A DNA stretch of 64,000 nucleotides from an uncultured bacterium (GTDB lineage: Bacteria > UBP4 > UBA4092). Of this stretch, positions 50,309 through 61,098 are shown piece by piece. Location: positions 1-64,000 of the forward strand of contig CAZXWN010000014.1 in NCBI GenBank assembly GCA_964644695.1, written 5' to 3'. A program made the position numbers and the translations under genes. Numbering within the stretch: the stretch's first letter is position 1; each line of letters begins with the position of its first letter. The notes beneath the pieces were generated by a model. The model made no database searches. It was not told the origin of the DNA and worked only from the letters and a program-made list of their open reading frames with translations.

Positions 50309-53300
50309 CTATTCGGTGCCAATTCCTACCAGATTATTTGAAGCCTTATCATAACGGCTCTTCATTCCCACCTCAACATGAACATTGTGTTGCCCTCGTG
50401 GCATATCCCACAATACTTCAACAGCCTTCTGCTCTCCGTATTTCAGAAGAGGAATATCCTGTTCATTACCAATTTTTGTATTATGGTCAAAGAATTGAAC
50501 AACTACATTTTCAGCAGCTTGTTGCCCCAAATTAGCAATAATTGACCTTAGAAAAACGGTTCGGTCATGAGGTAATCCCGTTAATTCTGTAGTGGCTTTA
50601 TTCCATTCCGTCTTCACGATTGTTAACTGGGGCTTTGATAAAACATTAAAACTAAAACTGGTCTGATTATTAGACCGATTCGTTTCTGAAGTTTTACTGA
50701 GCCGATCCAAAGTGATTGTAATATTTCGCTGCCCCGCATTCTGACTGGCATCCCACCGTAATCGGATCATTCTCGTTTCTCCGGCAGGAATCTCTGAAAT
50801 CACAGGAGTCCGCCAGTCGGTTCGATTATTAAGCGGACGACCAATAACCGTCTGACCCTGGGCATTATCTATGGCAGTGACTTCGATATTACGACCCGTA
50901 GATTGTCCAATATTCTTAACAGCCAAGTCCAAAAAGACTGTTTCGCCTTCATTGTATTCAGCCTTAGTAAATTTAGACATTGTGGTATCAATAGTCATGT
51001 CGGGAGGTCCTAATACTGGAACACGCCGACTCCAATAGGTTGTGCCCTGCCAATTCAGACTTAACTGAAGCAACTGAGTGTCACCCGGAACAGTCCAAGA
51101 CCAATTTACGGTCGTTTGGGATAATGGCTTTAATGCAGGAAAAACCTTCTCAATAATGACACCACCTACACCCCGAATCAGCTGTGCCGTTGATTCGGCA
51201 TAAGTTTTATTCGACAAGTTATGTATCACAAACTGTATTTCCTGCGGAGTGCCGCCAATAAGTATCTCTGGCGATAATGCAACATCTGCATCAGGGACAT
51301 AAATCTTTCCATCTGGAACAGATAATATTTGATGAGTTGTTTCCAATTCATATCCACCAGGCAGCTGCGTTGTAACCCATAAAGAATGAATTCCTGACGC
51401 CTGCGGCACAGCAACCTCAAAAGATTGCTTTTGTTTCAGTTTCAAACCGTTCAAATTCAAAGTCTGTATCTGTTTATCATCGACGGCAATTCGAAGCTGT
51501 ACCGCATTTAAATCCTGAGTCCCAGTATTGAGAATCTCTCCTGACACTTTCCATGAAGAACCTGATACAACAGCAGGCTTGAGACTCATCTCTACCTGGT
51601 TTAGTTTCGCAGTTATCTCAGCATATCCAGATATTGGACCCGAAACAGGATCATCAGAATAAAACCGGACAGGAACTGTTATCACACTCGCTGCAACAGG
51701 GAAATTTATTGGAGCGGAAAATCTCCCAGAATTAACGGAAACCTGAGTATCCATACAATAAGCCTTGGGATTAATCTGATTACTAAACAAATCATAATTA
51801 ATCTCAGACTGAATATAAGCCTGACCTGATTTGATGGGTAAATCGCTGGCATTCACAGTAAACGAAACCGTACTCGCCCTGTCAAAATATTGAGGAGTCA
51901 CCAACACCGGTTTAACGGGTGACTCAGGATATAGAGTTAAGGCAGGGTCTCCAAAAAGAATATACATCTGCGGTGTAATATCGGCATTCTCTAAAAGAAA
52001 ATAGGAGAAGGCAGATTCCATCACGGCTTGTCCCAACTGATACCGGTTATTGTCATACATTGAGTAAATCAGCTTTCGCGTCAATGCCTTGTGTTGAGGT
52101 GTAAAACCTTTTCCAGTTGGAGAATACAACGCTATAGCACCACCATTAGATACCCGATGCATATCTTCCGTAATACAAATATTCCATGGTCGCGAAGGCC
52201 AGTCGAATTGCCCTGTAGAGCAAGTCAGTTTCACAACAAAGGGTAACTTTCTACCATTAGTGAGCTTCTTCATGTCACTATTTCTGGAATCTCCACCAAA
52301 CAACATTCTTTCATGTCCCCACACATTTGGAGACCCATGTCCAAAATAGATAATCTGATAATCTCCATCAGAGATAGCGTCAATGATGGCCTGATTAGCT
52401 TCCGGAGATATTTTTGAATCTTCACCCGTCGGTAAATAATAATTGTCGATAAATGGATAATCCTTCAAATTCAGAAACTTCCTGAATATTGATGGAGGCA
52501 ATAGTGTTGCCATCTCCCTCGTATCTTCTTCAAACCCATCATCAGCAATCAATAAAACCCGATTTTTCCATATTCCCTTTTCGGGTTGGATTTCATAGTT
52601 GATTGTCTTTTTAAGGATAGATTCCACATCCTCGACATTATTTACTGAGATCCTGCCCAGTATAATATCTGGAAAGTGGTCCTTACCCGCCACTTGGGTA
52701 TACCATAAATCAGAAGCGGATTCTTCCGCCAAAATAAACATGCGATAGGGTGGAATATAATTAACCACACCATTATGATTTTTCTCTTTATAATCACTCG
52801 TTCCATCCCCCAGAAACACTATGTATCCTGGAGTAGGCCGCTTCCAAAAGCCAACGGTGTATCTAACAAAATCCTTGATAGCCTGTGGAGACAAGTTTCC
52901 ACCAGAGAACTGGTCATAAATATCCTGCACATTTATGACCTTCACATTCAGTCCCTGCTTTTTACGATAATCTGCCAACCTCTGTGCCTGTACCAAAAAA
53001 TCTGAGTGGGTAATTATCAGATAATCGGCTTGTTGTCGGATATCTCTCAGATTAGCACCTGTCTGATATACCAACACCTCAGGCTGATAAGCATCCTCAC
53101 TCAAGCCCTTTAAATAAGCCGTAATATCTGGACGTGCGACCAGGTATCCATCTGCTCCTTCCCTGCGAATGTCCGCGGGGAATAAATGTCCATTAGTATC
53201 CAAGGCATAAATGGGTGTTGCCCCATCGGGATAATTCTTCAATCGGTAAGCTCCAACCAAACTATCACTTTCGCTTCTTTGAACTAGATAGTCCCGATTT

Positions 53301-54703
53301 CCACTTCCCAAGGGATATCGGTATTTAAGCGTTAGATTGTCCATAAATACTTCATCATTCTGAGATGCAGGTGTCGTTACTTTGAGAATAAATGAGATTT
53401 GATGGAATCCAGGCTTCACCTGAATCGGAGTAAGATTTGCCTTATATGTAAATTCCGAAGTTCCTGTCCAATTGGATTGTCCAACATTTACCCCATCCCA
53501 GGTCATCGCCACCACATGGTTAATATTTCCTGCCTTATTTTTCCCAACCATCTGTACTTCAACCTGAATACTGTCAGGACATTGTTCTACCCCTTCTGTA
53601 TCTTTGATATTCAGGCGAATAGTAGCCGTAGTCTGGGTGGATAATGACGCCCAATACCAACGGGTTTTTCCACTCCCCGAAATGATTGGATTATCATCAT
53701 ACACGATATTTTCTTCATAGGTCTTAGTTGCGTCCTGATAATCCCTGACCTTAAGTAAATTCACATCACCTGTCAGAGCCGGGATTTTCATTCGACTTAT
53801 TTCACTGCCAGCCGATTTATTCCACGTTAACCAGTATGTCTGAGTTGCCGTATAGGGTGTATCAGGGATATCACCATAAAACACCAATTCGCCATTATTT
53901 AATAATTCCCTGGGAAACTGAACACTCTGACTGTTCTTGTAAATCATTAAATTATCTTTATCCTTGTCCAGCTTAAATCCAAATGATTCCAATTCATTCA
54001 AAGGAATATGCTGAAGTCCTGATTCTTTCACGATTACTCGAAGCCAGTTCATAGATGTATTCAACAAATCCGGAGCTCCCATACCAGGGATATTGGAAGC
54101 ATCCTTCCACTGTTCTACCGGCAGAGCTCGCAGAGGGCTGTTATATTCATAATTTGCCAGCATATCCTGAAAAACAGGTTCCATTCCTGTACCGGCTTTC
54201 GATGGAGACGAAGCCAGGAGCGTTTCGGGCACCGACACCTCAGAAGGAGTCAGATTAATAACCGCATTTTGAAGGGTTCCAGTCATGCCCTTATAATGTA
54301 TCGACACCGGAACGATAACCCGGCCAACCCGAAAATCTCGTGCCCAACCAAGATTCTCAATTCGAATGGGATACTCCTTCTGTAATACCGTATCACTTGC
54401 CCAATCGACAGTAGTTTTATCTAAAGAATTTTCAGGGAATAATATAAACTGACCACTTTTAATCTCAACCTTGGCATCCCGATCCGGAAATACAGCCAGA
54501 ACAATTGTCTGTTGGCTGTATCCAAGACCCATGTTCTGGTCCTTTTGAAAGGATAATTGAATCTGTTTCCGGTTTGATTCGGTGATATTCCAGTTATTTA
54601 AAGGCTGCTGATTTGACTTGGATTGAGCCCCCAATACGGGCCCAATAAAGGCCGCCGCACAAAGCATTCCGATTAAATATCTAAATTTAAATATTAACTT
54701 CAT
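50309..54703 (-). CDS. Secreted C25 family (gingipain/PorU-like) cysteine peptidase with C-terminal CARDB/Ig-like repeats
   Basis: Signal peptide; ADYLIITH, IYDQFSGG, FLGDG, SDLWY, GRI, YFGHGS (His), LTCSTG (Cys), LFGDPA; VKNIG...ETNRSNN CARDB. Confidence 0.88.
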   Translation of the reverse strand: MKLIFKFRYLIGMLCAAAFIGPVLGAQSKSNQQPLNNWNITESNRKQIQLSFQKDQNMGLGYSQQTIVLAVFPDRDAKVEIKSGQFILFPENSLDKTTVDWASDTVLQKEYPIRIENLGWARDFRVGRVIVPVSIHYKGMTGTLQNAVINLTPSEVSVPETLLASSPSKAGTGMEPVFQDMLANYEYNSPLRALPVEQWKDASNIPGMGAPDLLNTSMNWLRVIVKESGLQHIPLNELESFGFKLDKDKDNLMIYKNSQSVQFPRELLNNGELVFYGDIPDTPYTATQTYWLTWNKSAGSEISRMKIPALTGDVNLLKVRDYQDATKTYEENIVYDDNPIISGSGKTRWYWASLSTQTTATIRLNIKDTEGVEQCPDSIQVEVQMVGKNKAGNINHVVAMTWDGVNVGQSNWTGTSEFTYKANLTPIQVKPGFHQISFILKVTTPASQNDEVFMDNLTLKYRYPLGSGNRDYLVQRSESDSLVGAYRLKNYPDGATPIYALDTNGHLFPADIRREGADGYLVARPDITAYLKGLSEDAYQPEVLVYQTGANLRDIRQQADYLIITHSDFLVQAQRLADYRKKQGLNVKVINVQDIYDQFSGGNLSPQAIKDFVRYTVGFWKRPTPGYIVFLGDGTSDYKEKNHNGVVNYIPPYRMFILAEESASDLWYTQVAGKDHFPDIILGRISVNNVEDVESILKKTINYEIQPEKGIWKNRVLLIADDGFEEDTREMATLLPPSIFRKFLNLKDYPFIDNYYLPTGEDSKISPEANQAIIDAISDGDYQIIYFGHGSPNVWGHERMLFGGDSRNSDMKKLTNGRKLPFVVKLTCSTGQFDWPSRPWNICITEDMHRVSNGGAIALYSPTGKGFTPQHKALTRKLIYSMYDNNRYQLGQAVMESAFSYFLLENADITPQMYILFGDPALTLYPESPVKPVLVTPQYFDRASTVSFTVNASDLPIKSGQAYIQSEINYDLFSNQINPKAYCMDTQVSVNSGRFSAPINFPVAASVITVPVRFYSDDPVSGPISGYAEITAKLNQVEMSLKPAVVSGSSWKVSGEILNTGTQDLNAVQLRIAVDDKQIQTLNLNGLKLKQKQSFEVAVPQASGIHSLWVTTQLPGGYELETTHQILSVPDGKIYVPDADVALSPEILIGGTPQEIQFVIHNLSNKTYAESTAQLIRGVGGVIIEKVFPALKPLSQTTVNWSWTVPGDTQLLQLSLNWQGTTYWSRRVPVLGPPDMTIDTTMSKFTKAEYNEGETVFLDLAVKNIGQSTGRNIEVTAIDNAQGQTVIGRPLNNRTDWRTPVISEIPAGETRMIRLRWDASQNAGQRNITITLDRLSKTSETNRSNNQTSFSFNVLSKPQLTIVKTEWNKATTELTGLPHDRTVFLRSIIANLGQQAAENVVVQFFDHNTKIGNEQDIPLLKYGEQKAVEVLWDMPRGQHNVHVEVGMKSRYDKASNNLVGIGTE

Positions 54704-54829
54704 ATCCTTAACCTATTCTTATTTGGTAAAATAATATACAAATGTCTCTATAAAAGAATAGAGACTCATCTATAATTATGGATGGAACTGTTCATTCTGT
54801 CCAAACAAGTTCATCTCCAGCCAACCCGC

Positions 54830-54915
54830 GGAGGGTTATCCTAACTGGTAAGGAACCGGTCTTGAAAACCGGCGGCCTCACGGCCTTGAGGGTTCGAGCC
54901 CCCCACCCTCCGCCA
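54830..54915 (+). tRNA. tRNA-Ser (anticodon TGA)
   Basis: Acceptor GGAGGGT/ACCCTCC plus G-CCA; anticodon arm CCGGT-CTTGAAA-ACCGG; long variable arm GGCC-TCAC-GGCC; T loop TTCGAGC. Confidence 0.93.
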
Positions 54916-55063
54916 TTTTCTTTATATCACTATAATATCGATTTACTTACCACTGTGTTTACATCTTGGACCACTTTTGTGGACACTGGGTAACCAATAT
55001 AACTAAAGTATCAACCCAGAACATCCGGACAACCAGGGTATTTCTCGGTAGAATAGAGGCATT

Positions 55064-57217
55064 ATGAAATGGATGGAAATTGTGGCACCCGGTGGACAAC
55101 CGGAAAGCCTGAAGGCGGCCGTACTGGCCGGAGCAGATGCCGTTTATCTGGGACTAAAAGGATTGGGTGCCCGCCGATTGGCCACCAATTTTACAGTAGA
55201 TGAATTAATCGAATACATTGACTGGGCACATCTTCGAGGAGTCCGCCTTTACCTGACACTCAATACCCTCATGACAGATGAAGAAATAGAATCTGTCTAT
55301 GATGAAGTAAAACGCCTCTATGAAGCCGGATTGGATGGAATCATTATCCAGGACCTGGGTGTCTTAAAATTCATTAAAACTCATTTCCCCGGATTTCATA
55401 TCCATGCCAGCACCCAGATGACCTGTGCTAACCATGAAGAAGCAGAATATCTCCGTAGTCTCGGAATTCATCGACTTGTCCCTGCCCGTGAATTATCTAT
55501 CCCCGAATTAGCTGACTTAAAAAAACAAACCGATATTGAACTGGAAGTTTTTGTTTCAGGAGCTCTGTGTGTTTCATACTCCGGAAATTGTTATTTATCC
55601 TCATTTATAGGCGGCCGGAGTGGTAACCGCGGGATGTGTACCCAGGCGTGCCGGCGTCCCTATGAAAATGAACATCGTGAAATGGGTTATTATCTCAGCC
55701 CAAAAGACCAGATCATGGGCAAACCTGAACTTGAAAAACTGGCAGAAGCTGGAATTGATGCGCTTAAACTTGAGGGCCGAATGAAAACAGCCGTATATGT
55801 TTATGCGGCCGTTAAAAATATCCACAGAATCATGGCTGGGGTAAAAGCTGAAAACTTAATGCCCCGGCTTTTTAATCGGGGCTATTCCAGAGGGTATATG
55901 TATGGGGCAAAAGACCTGATCAATACCCGGTATGCATCGAATCATGGAGTCTCTATCGGAGAATGTGATGGGAATTGGATCAAATTATCCGAGCCGGTGA
56001 TAACCGGCGATGGATTATCATTCCTTGACCGGAATGAAAAAGTCCTCGGGGGTGAATACCTGAGTAAAATCAGAATCAAAGGTGATCCCACCATCCACAA
56101 ATCAGCGCGTGCGGGTCAGGTTATCCAAATCCCGGAAATGTCTGGTGGCACAGTCTATGTCTATAAAACATTTGATAAAGCGCTCAATGACGAATTAGAG
56201 CATGACCTCAAACAGGTCAAACGAAGATTACCCATTACAGGGGAGTTAACAGCCCACACAGGAAAACCTTTAACCTTATCTTTCCAGTATAAGAACTTCG
56301 AAGTCACCGCAACCGGCCTCACCTTGGAGGCAGCATCAAATCGAGTGTTGGATGGAGATGATATCCGAGAGAAAGTATCTGAATTAGGAGATACCACTTT
56401 CGAATTGACGGCTCTTAAACTACATTATGATGAAGCCTGTTTCATTCCCTTAAAAGAATTAAAGAATCTGAAACGAGAGGCTGCCTGGCAGTTAGCTGAA
56501 TCATTGGTCAAGTCTTACCGCAGAAAGGATACCCATCCTTTTACTCCTTTCCATACAGAAGATACTCGTGCCAAGGATCCCATTTGGGCCGCCTGTGTCA
56601 CCGAACCCTGGCAGGAAGAAATCTGCCGAAACTATGGCATTGAAAAAATCTATTATCGGGGTGCGGATGCCGCCCGTCAGGGAAATCTGGATTCCATTGA
56701 TTTAGATTCTCCAATGGCTCGAAATCTTTATCAACTCCTGAAAAATCGAAATTCCAAAGTTACCCTGGATTGGAACTTCAATATCACCAATTCCGCCGCA
56801 TTTTCCCAATATGCCCAACTTCCTCAGGTGGATACCATTTACCTGTCTCCTGAATTAAATCTGGAACAAGTGGCTCTGGTAAAAGGTACCGGGGCAAAAA
56901 AAGGATTGGTTATTTATGGGAATCTGACCGGGATGTATATTGAGACTCGAATATTTCCGGAGAACTATCAGGAATTCACGAATGATGCTAATGATAAATT
57001 CCGTGCCGTCATTAATAAATTTGGAAACACAGAAATATATCTTTATGAACCGATGAATTTGATTCCACGATTGGATGAAATCCTGGCATTAGGACTGGAT
57101 GAACTTCGGTTGGATTTCCAGTTTGAGACTCCCGAACAGATAGCCCAAATCCTTCAAGCTCGTAATACGAGAAACACATCTTATACCCCTTATAATTTCG
57201 ACCGGGGCTTGATGTAA
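55064..57217 (+). CDS. U32 family RNA hydroxylase, long DUF3656-containing (RlhA-like) type
   Basis: EIVAPGG, GADAVY, HASTQ, RELS, GALCVSYSGNC...NRGMCTQACR, LKLEGR, ELGDTTF. Confidence 0.88.
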   Translation: MKWMEIVAPGGQPESLKAAVLAGADAVYLGLKGLGARRLATNFTVDELIEYIDWAHLRGVRLYLTLNTLMTDEEIESVYDEVKRLYEAGLDGIIIQDLGVLKFIKTHFPGFHIHASTQMTCANHEEAEYLRSLGIHRLVPARELSIPELADLKKQTDIELEVFVSGALCVSYSGNCYLSSFIGGRSGNRGMCTQACRRPYENEHREMGYYLSPKDQIMGKPELEKLAEAGIDALKLEGRMKTAVYVYAAVKNIHRIMAGVKAENLMPRLFNRGYSRGYMYGAKDLINTRYASNHGVSIGECDGNWIKLSEPVITGDGLSFLDRNEKVLGGEYLSKIRIKGDPTIHKSARAGQVIQIPEMSGGTVYVYKTFDKALNDELEHDLKQVKRRLPITGELTAHTGKPLTLSFQYKNFEVTATGLTLEAASNRVLDGDDIREKVSELGDTTFELTALKLHYDEACFIPLKELKNLKREAAWQLAESLVKSYRRKDTHPFTPFHTEDTRAKDPIWAACVTEPWQEEICRNYGIEKIYYRGADAARQGNLDSIDLDSPMARNLYQLLKNRNSKVTLDWNFNITNSAAFSQYAQLPQVDTIYLSPELNLEQVALVKGTGAKKGLVIYGNLTGMYIETRIFPENYQEFTNDANDKFRAVINKFGNTEIYLYEPMNLIPRLDEILALGLDELRLDFQFETPEQIAQILQARNTRNTSYTPYNFDRGLM

Positions 57218-57274
57218 CAGGCCGTCTTGGCTAAAATGACCCGTTGTGTTTTCTTGAATTGAAGGGACTTTGTC

Positions 57275-58807
57275 ATGGTGAAACCTGTCCGACTAACCTG
57301 TCTGGATATACTCCGGGGATTGGCAATCTTTGGAATGACTCTTGTTGCCATTCAGCCCGGTGGAATGCCGTTATGGATGTATCATGCTCAAGATCCGCCC
57401 ACTGGATATAACCCAAGTATTCCGGGAATCACCTGGGTTGACCTGATTTACCCCTTTTTCATGTTTTCACTGGGAGCCGCCGTTCCATTTGCTCTTACCC
57501 GCCGGTTAGAATCCGGAGTTTCCACTCCAAAGATTATCGGGCATGTATTCTGGCGGGCTTTCCTGATGGCCATTTTCGCCCTCTACTTGGGATACTGGTA
57601 CCCCTGGGGATATGGTGCTTCACCGACAGATAACCGCTGGATATTCTGGAGAACACTGGCTGGATTTTTCTGTCTGGTCTTTTTCTTCAGTCGAATCCCG
57701 GGATTATCAGATGCCAAAGACAAAACCAAAAAAGCTCTCTCCATTCTGCTAAAAATTACAGGATTAGCAGGAATAATCGCTCTATTACTCACCCGCCAAC
57801 AATTCGATTCAGCCACGGGCACCTGGATAAACGGATTTGATGGGAATGGGATGGACTGGGTCATTTATCGACTGGCGCAATCCTATATTCTGGCATCTAT
57901 CGTCTGGCTGATGACCCGAAATAAAACAAACCTCCGATGGGGTATTATCGCCTTATTAGTAGGATTACGGCTTCACCATGATGCGGGAGGACAGCTCAGT
58001 ATCCACATCAAAGAATACCTTTCCACAGAATCCTGGTTCCAGGTTCTCATCGGTTGGATTCCTCTCTATCAGCAACCGCCCTGGGCTTATTTTGCTCAAA
58101 CCTTCAAATGGTTGATTGACCCTGCCGTTTACCATGACACAGCCTTGATTGCCCTGATGGGAACAGTGTTTGGGGATATCATGTTCAAACACCAGAAAGA
58201 GTCTTCTGCAACAACATCGGCATCCAAGATATCTTTCTTTCAAACCGCAGGACTCCTGACAGGACTTCCGTCCCTTACAGTAATAGGTTTGATTTTTTAC
58301 TTCATCCGTCGCCCTGAAATGGGACTCGTTCTCAGTGTGTTCATCATGGCTGGATTGTGGTTTATTCTCACAAAAATCACCGATGATTCATTGAAAAATC
58401 TATTGAAACAGTTATGCGGCTATGGATTTCTTTTACTCACACTGGGATATCTGTTTGATGCCGTGGGAACAGGTATCAGGAAGGAACCTTCCAACCTGTC
58501 GTTTTACTTTGCTACCTCAGGGATGGCCTTCACCCTGCTGGCATTTCTTTATCTACTATCCGATTACCTGAAATGGGGGAAAACCCTGAACTGGCTTCGA
58601 GAGGCAGGGTCCAATCCCATGTTGGGATATATTGCGGCCCGGCATTGCCTGTTCATGGTAATGCACCTTACCGGACTTGCCATCCTGTTGGAAACACCCG
58701 TCATGAATAACACCTATCTCTACTTCGGATATTGTTTCTTTCTGACTTTGGTAGGGCTTTATTTCACGGTCTGGCTGACCCGATGGAAAGTTATTATGCG
58801 AATTTAA
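57275..58807 (+). CDS. DUF5009/HGSNAT-like membrane acyltransferase-family protein
   Basis: LDILRG, WMYHAQ.PP, GITWVDL..PFFMF, GIRKEP, GSNPM. Confidence 0.8.
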   Translation: MVKPVRLTCLDILRGLAIFGMTLVAIQPGGMPLWMYHAQDPPTGYNPSIPGITWVDLIYPFFMFSLGAAVPFALTRRLESGVSTPKIIGHVFWRAFLMAIFALYLGYWYPWGYGASPTDNRWIFWRTLAGFFCLVFFFSRIPGLSDAKDKTKKALSILLKITGLAGIIALLLTRQQFDSATGTWINGFDGNGMDWVIYRLAQSYILASIVWLMTRNKTNLRWGIIALLVGLRLHHDAGGQLSIHIKEYLSTESWFQVLIGWIPLYQQPPWAYFAQTFKWLIDPAVYHDTALIALMGTVFGDIMFKHQKESSATTSASKISFFQTAGLLTGLPSLTVIGLIFYFIRRPEMGLVLSVFIMAGLWFILTKITDDSLKNLLKQLCGYGFLLLTLGYLFDAVGTGIRKEPSNLSFYFATSGMAFTLLAFLYLLSDYLKWGKTLNWLREAGSNPMLGYIAARHCLFMVMHLTGLAILLETPVMNNTYLYFGYCFFLTLVGLYFTVWLTRWKVIMRI

Positions 58808-58888
58808 CATTTTTCCAGAATCGGGATTATTCCCAAACCTTTATGGAGACTGTTATGATTCATAATTAACATTTACTGGATAAACAAT

Positions 58889-59614
58889 ATGCCCAAACCT
58901 GTTTCACAACTGAAAGCCGTTTTCTTTGATCTGGATGATACTATCTATGACCACCGTCATTCCTGTATGTGTGGTCTTTCCAAATTACGGGAAATTTACC
59001 CACCTCTTCAGGATTATGAAGTAGGCCATCTGGAAGCAGATTACCTTCTCCGGCTGAACATTCTTCATGAACTCCTGTTACAGGGATTGATTACTCAGGA
59101 AGAGTCTCGATATAAACGCATCGGGGGGACTTTGAATCAACACGGGGTCCATCTGGAAGGACAGGAAATGGAACAGGCCTGCCGGATTTATGAAGCAGGA
59201 TATAAAGAGTCCCGCCGTCCTGTACCGGGAATGATGGAACTCATCATTGACCTTCGTACAAAAGGCATTCCTTCCAGTATTATCACCAACGGATTTAATA
59301 ATATTCAGGAAGATAAACTCCAGGCAACCGGGTTAGATAAAATCATTGATTTCATGATTACCTCTGAAACAGCAGGGACAGCCAAACCCGATCCGGATAT
59401 TTTCCAAATGGCGATGGATCGGTATCACATTACACCGGAACAAACCCTGATGGTGGGAGATAACTGGAATATTGATATTCTGGGGGGCGTTAATGCAGGA
59501 ATTCCAACCGTCTGGATAAACAGACGGGGATATGCCTGTCCTGACCCTTCTCAAGCCTACGAAATCAAAACAGCTGAAGAATTACGCGCTTTGCTCCAAC
59601 CCTTCCTGAATTGA
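58889..59614 (+). CDS. HAD family hydrolase
   Basis: FDLDDT, ITNG, KPDP, GDNWNIDI. Confidence 0.92.
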   Translation: MPKPVSQLKAVFFDLDDTIYDHRHSCMCGLSKLREIYPPLQDYEVGHLEADYLLRLNILHELLLQGLITQEESRYKRIGGTLNQHGVHLEGQEMEQACRIYEAGYKESRRPVPGMMELIIDLRTKGIPSSIITNGFNNIQEDKLQATGLDKIIDFMITSETAGTAKPDPDIFQMAMDRYHITPEQTLMVGDNWNIDILGGVNAGIPTVWINRRGYACPDPSQAYEIKTAEELRALLQPFLN

Positions 59615-59630
59615 TATTCAGACCGTACAT

Positions 59631-60041
59631 TTAGCTAAAACATCCTAATACAGCTGATAATGCAAATATAAAACTGTAAACAGCTTTGCCTGCAAATATA
59701 CAGATTAGTTTAAAGGTATAACTCCTCAGAAATGCAAACAGTATAAAAATACTAAAAGGAATATAAACAAATAACTGCAGAAGATGGGTGGTTTTATATT
59801 GTGGGGTTCTGAATGGAAGGGACAAAACATCCCATCCCCTGTTGATGAGAAAGGCTATGAAAACATAAACAGCAATCTCAATACCCATGAAAATACCTAA
59901 TAAGGATAAAATCCAGCATAAGAAATAAAAGGGAGCCATCGTCTTAAGAGATTCACTGGGACAAGTGAAACAATACCGAATTAAACAATATAGCCAATAG
60001 ACCACCAATAAAACAGCAAAAAACATCCCCATTTCATTCAT
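59631..60041 (-). CDS. Hypothetical membrane protein
   Basis: Hydrophobic ORF whose start overlaps the upstream stop. Confidence 0.55.
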   Translation of the reverse strand: MNEMGMFFAVLLVVYWLYCLIRYCFTCPSESLKTMAPFYFLCWILSLLGIFMGIEIAVYVFIAFLINRGWDVLSLPFRTPQYKTTHLLQLFVYIPFSIFILFAFLRSYTFKLICIFAGKAVYSFIFALSAVLGCFS

Positions 60042-60495
60042 TTTTACTTAGCCTCATCCGATATATTCCACAACTCACAAAAACACAGGATACGAACAAC
60101 ATCATCACAATTAATTGAACTGTTTCTTCTATTTCAGAATACCAATCATAATGGCTCAAAAAATCTGGATTATCAAAATCAAGGGAATATGTAGGGAAAG
60201 GGGTTATATTAACAAACTGTCCGCTGTCTTTCACATAAACATCCATTTTAGTGATAGAAAATGCATTCACAATCATACTTTCATTACCCATCAAATCAAC
60301 TCTCTTTTTGATTATGGATGCTGGATTTTGAGCAGATTCACGGATGCCGTCCTGAACCGACTTATGGATTTTCCCCATTTCACTGAAAAACAAGGTCATT
60401 TCAATCACACAAAAGACACTGAGTATCACCCCGATAATTAAAAAAACGTCCCATTTCTTAGTGTTTCTCACCCTTGTATTTTCGGCATTGCTCAT
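60034..60495 (-). CDS. Hypothetical membrane protein (2 TM)
   Basis: GGGAGAGGTG RBS before ATG 60495; N- and C-terminal TM helices. Confidence 0.6.
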   Translation of the reverse strand: MSNAENTRVRNTKKWDVFLIIGVILSVFCVIEMTLFFSEMGKIHKSVQDGIRESAQNPASIIKKRVDLMGNESMIVNAFSITKMDVYVKDSGQFVNITPFPTYSLDFDNPDFLSHYDWYSEIEETVQLIVMMLFVSCVFVSCGIYRMRLSKNE

Positions 60496-60561
60496 AACAA
60501 TGGCCACCTCTCCCACCATAAAGGTATCGTATCAGCGATAAAACTCGTCTCCAATATTACA

Positions 60562-61008
60562 TTACTCTGTTGTGGTAACACCCAAGGAAACTATTTTGTC
60601 ATCATAAATCATATAGGTTTTAAAAATCCCTTTAGGGATCACTTTCGGTTCAAAGTATATACTGGATTCAGAATTTTTTATATTTTCATCAACAAAATAC
60701 ATATCTTTATATTGATATCGGATCTCTTTTGTTTTCATTGGAACACTGGCTGTGTCACTATGCCGAGGACATTCCACTTCTTCTGTCTTTCCATTTTTTA
60801 ATACGGCTGTTATTTTAACTTTATAACCGGGGACATATACCACATATCGAGTGTCGCCAACATATTGAACTTCATAAAAATTAAAATAATACTCCCAGGC
60901 AGGATTAATAAACCCATAGTAAATAAATGCTGGCACAAGAAATGTCACAAATAACAATGAAACACCTATTAATCCCTTTAGCAGGCAGCCTACCTTTTTA
61001 TCACCCAT
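60562..61008 (-). CDS. Hypothetical membrane-anchored protein
   Basis: GGAGGGGG RBS before MGDKK; one N-terminal TM. Confidence 0.6.
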   Translation of the reverse strand: MGDKKVGCLLKGLIGVSLLFVTFLVPAFIYYGFINPAWEYYFNFYEVQYVGDTRYVVYVPGYKVKITAVLKNGKTEEVECPRHSDTASVPMKTKEIRYQYKDMYFVDENIKNSESSIYFEPKVIPKGIFKTYMIYDDKIVSLGVTTTE

Positions 61009-61098
61009 ATTTATATCCCCCTCCATTTTCAAAATACTAGCCCAAAGAAAATATTGGTCATGATTCCAATTCTAAAATTATCAGCACCTTAGATTTGC

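Noticed and set aside
54830-54915. tRNA-Sec or opal suppressor
   Set aside because: The anticodon is TGA (reads UCA, Ser), not TCA; the acceptor stem is 7 bp
54778-54993. 71-aa ORF spanning the tRNA
   Set aside because: Shadow ORF over the tRNA-Ser gene
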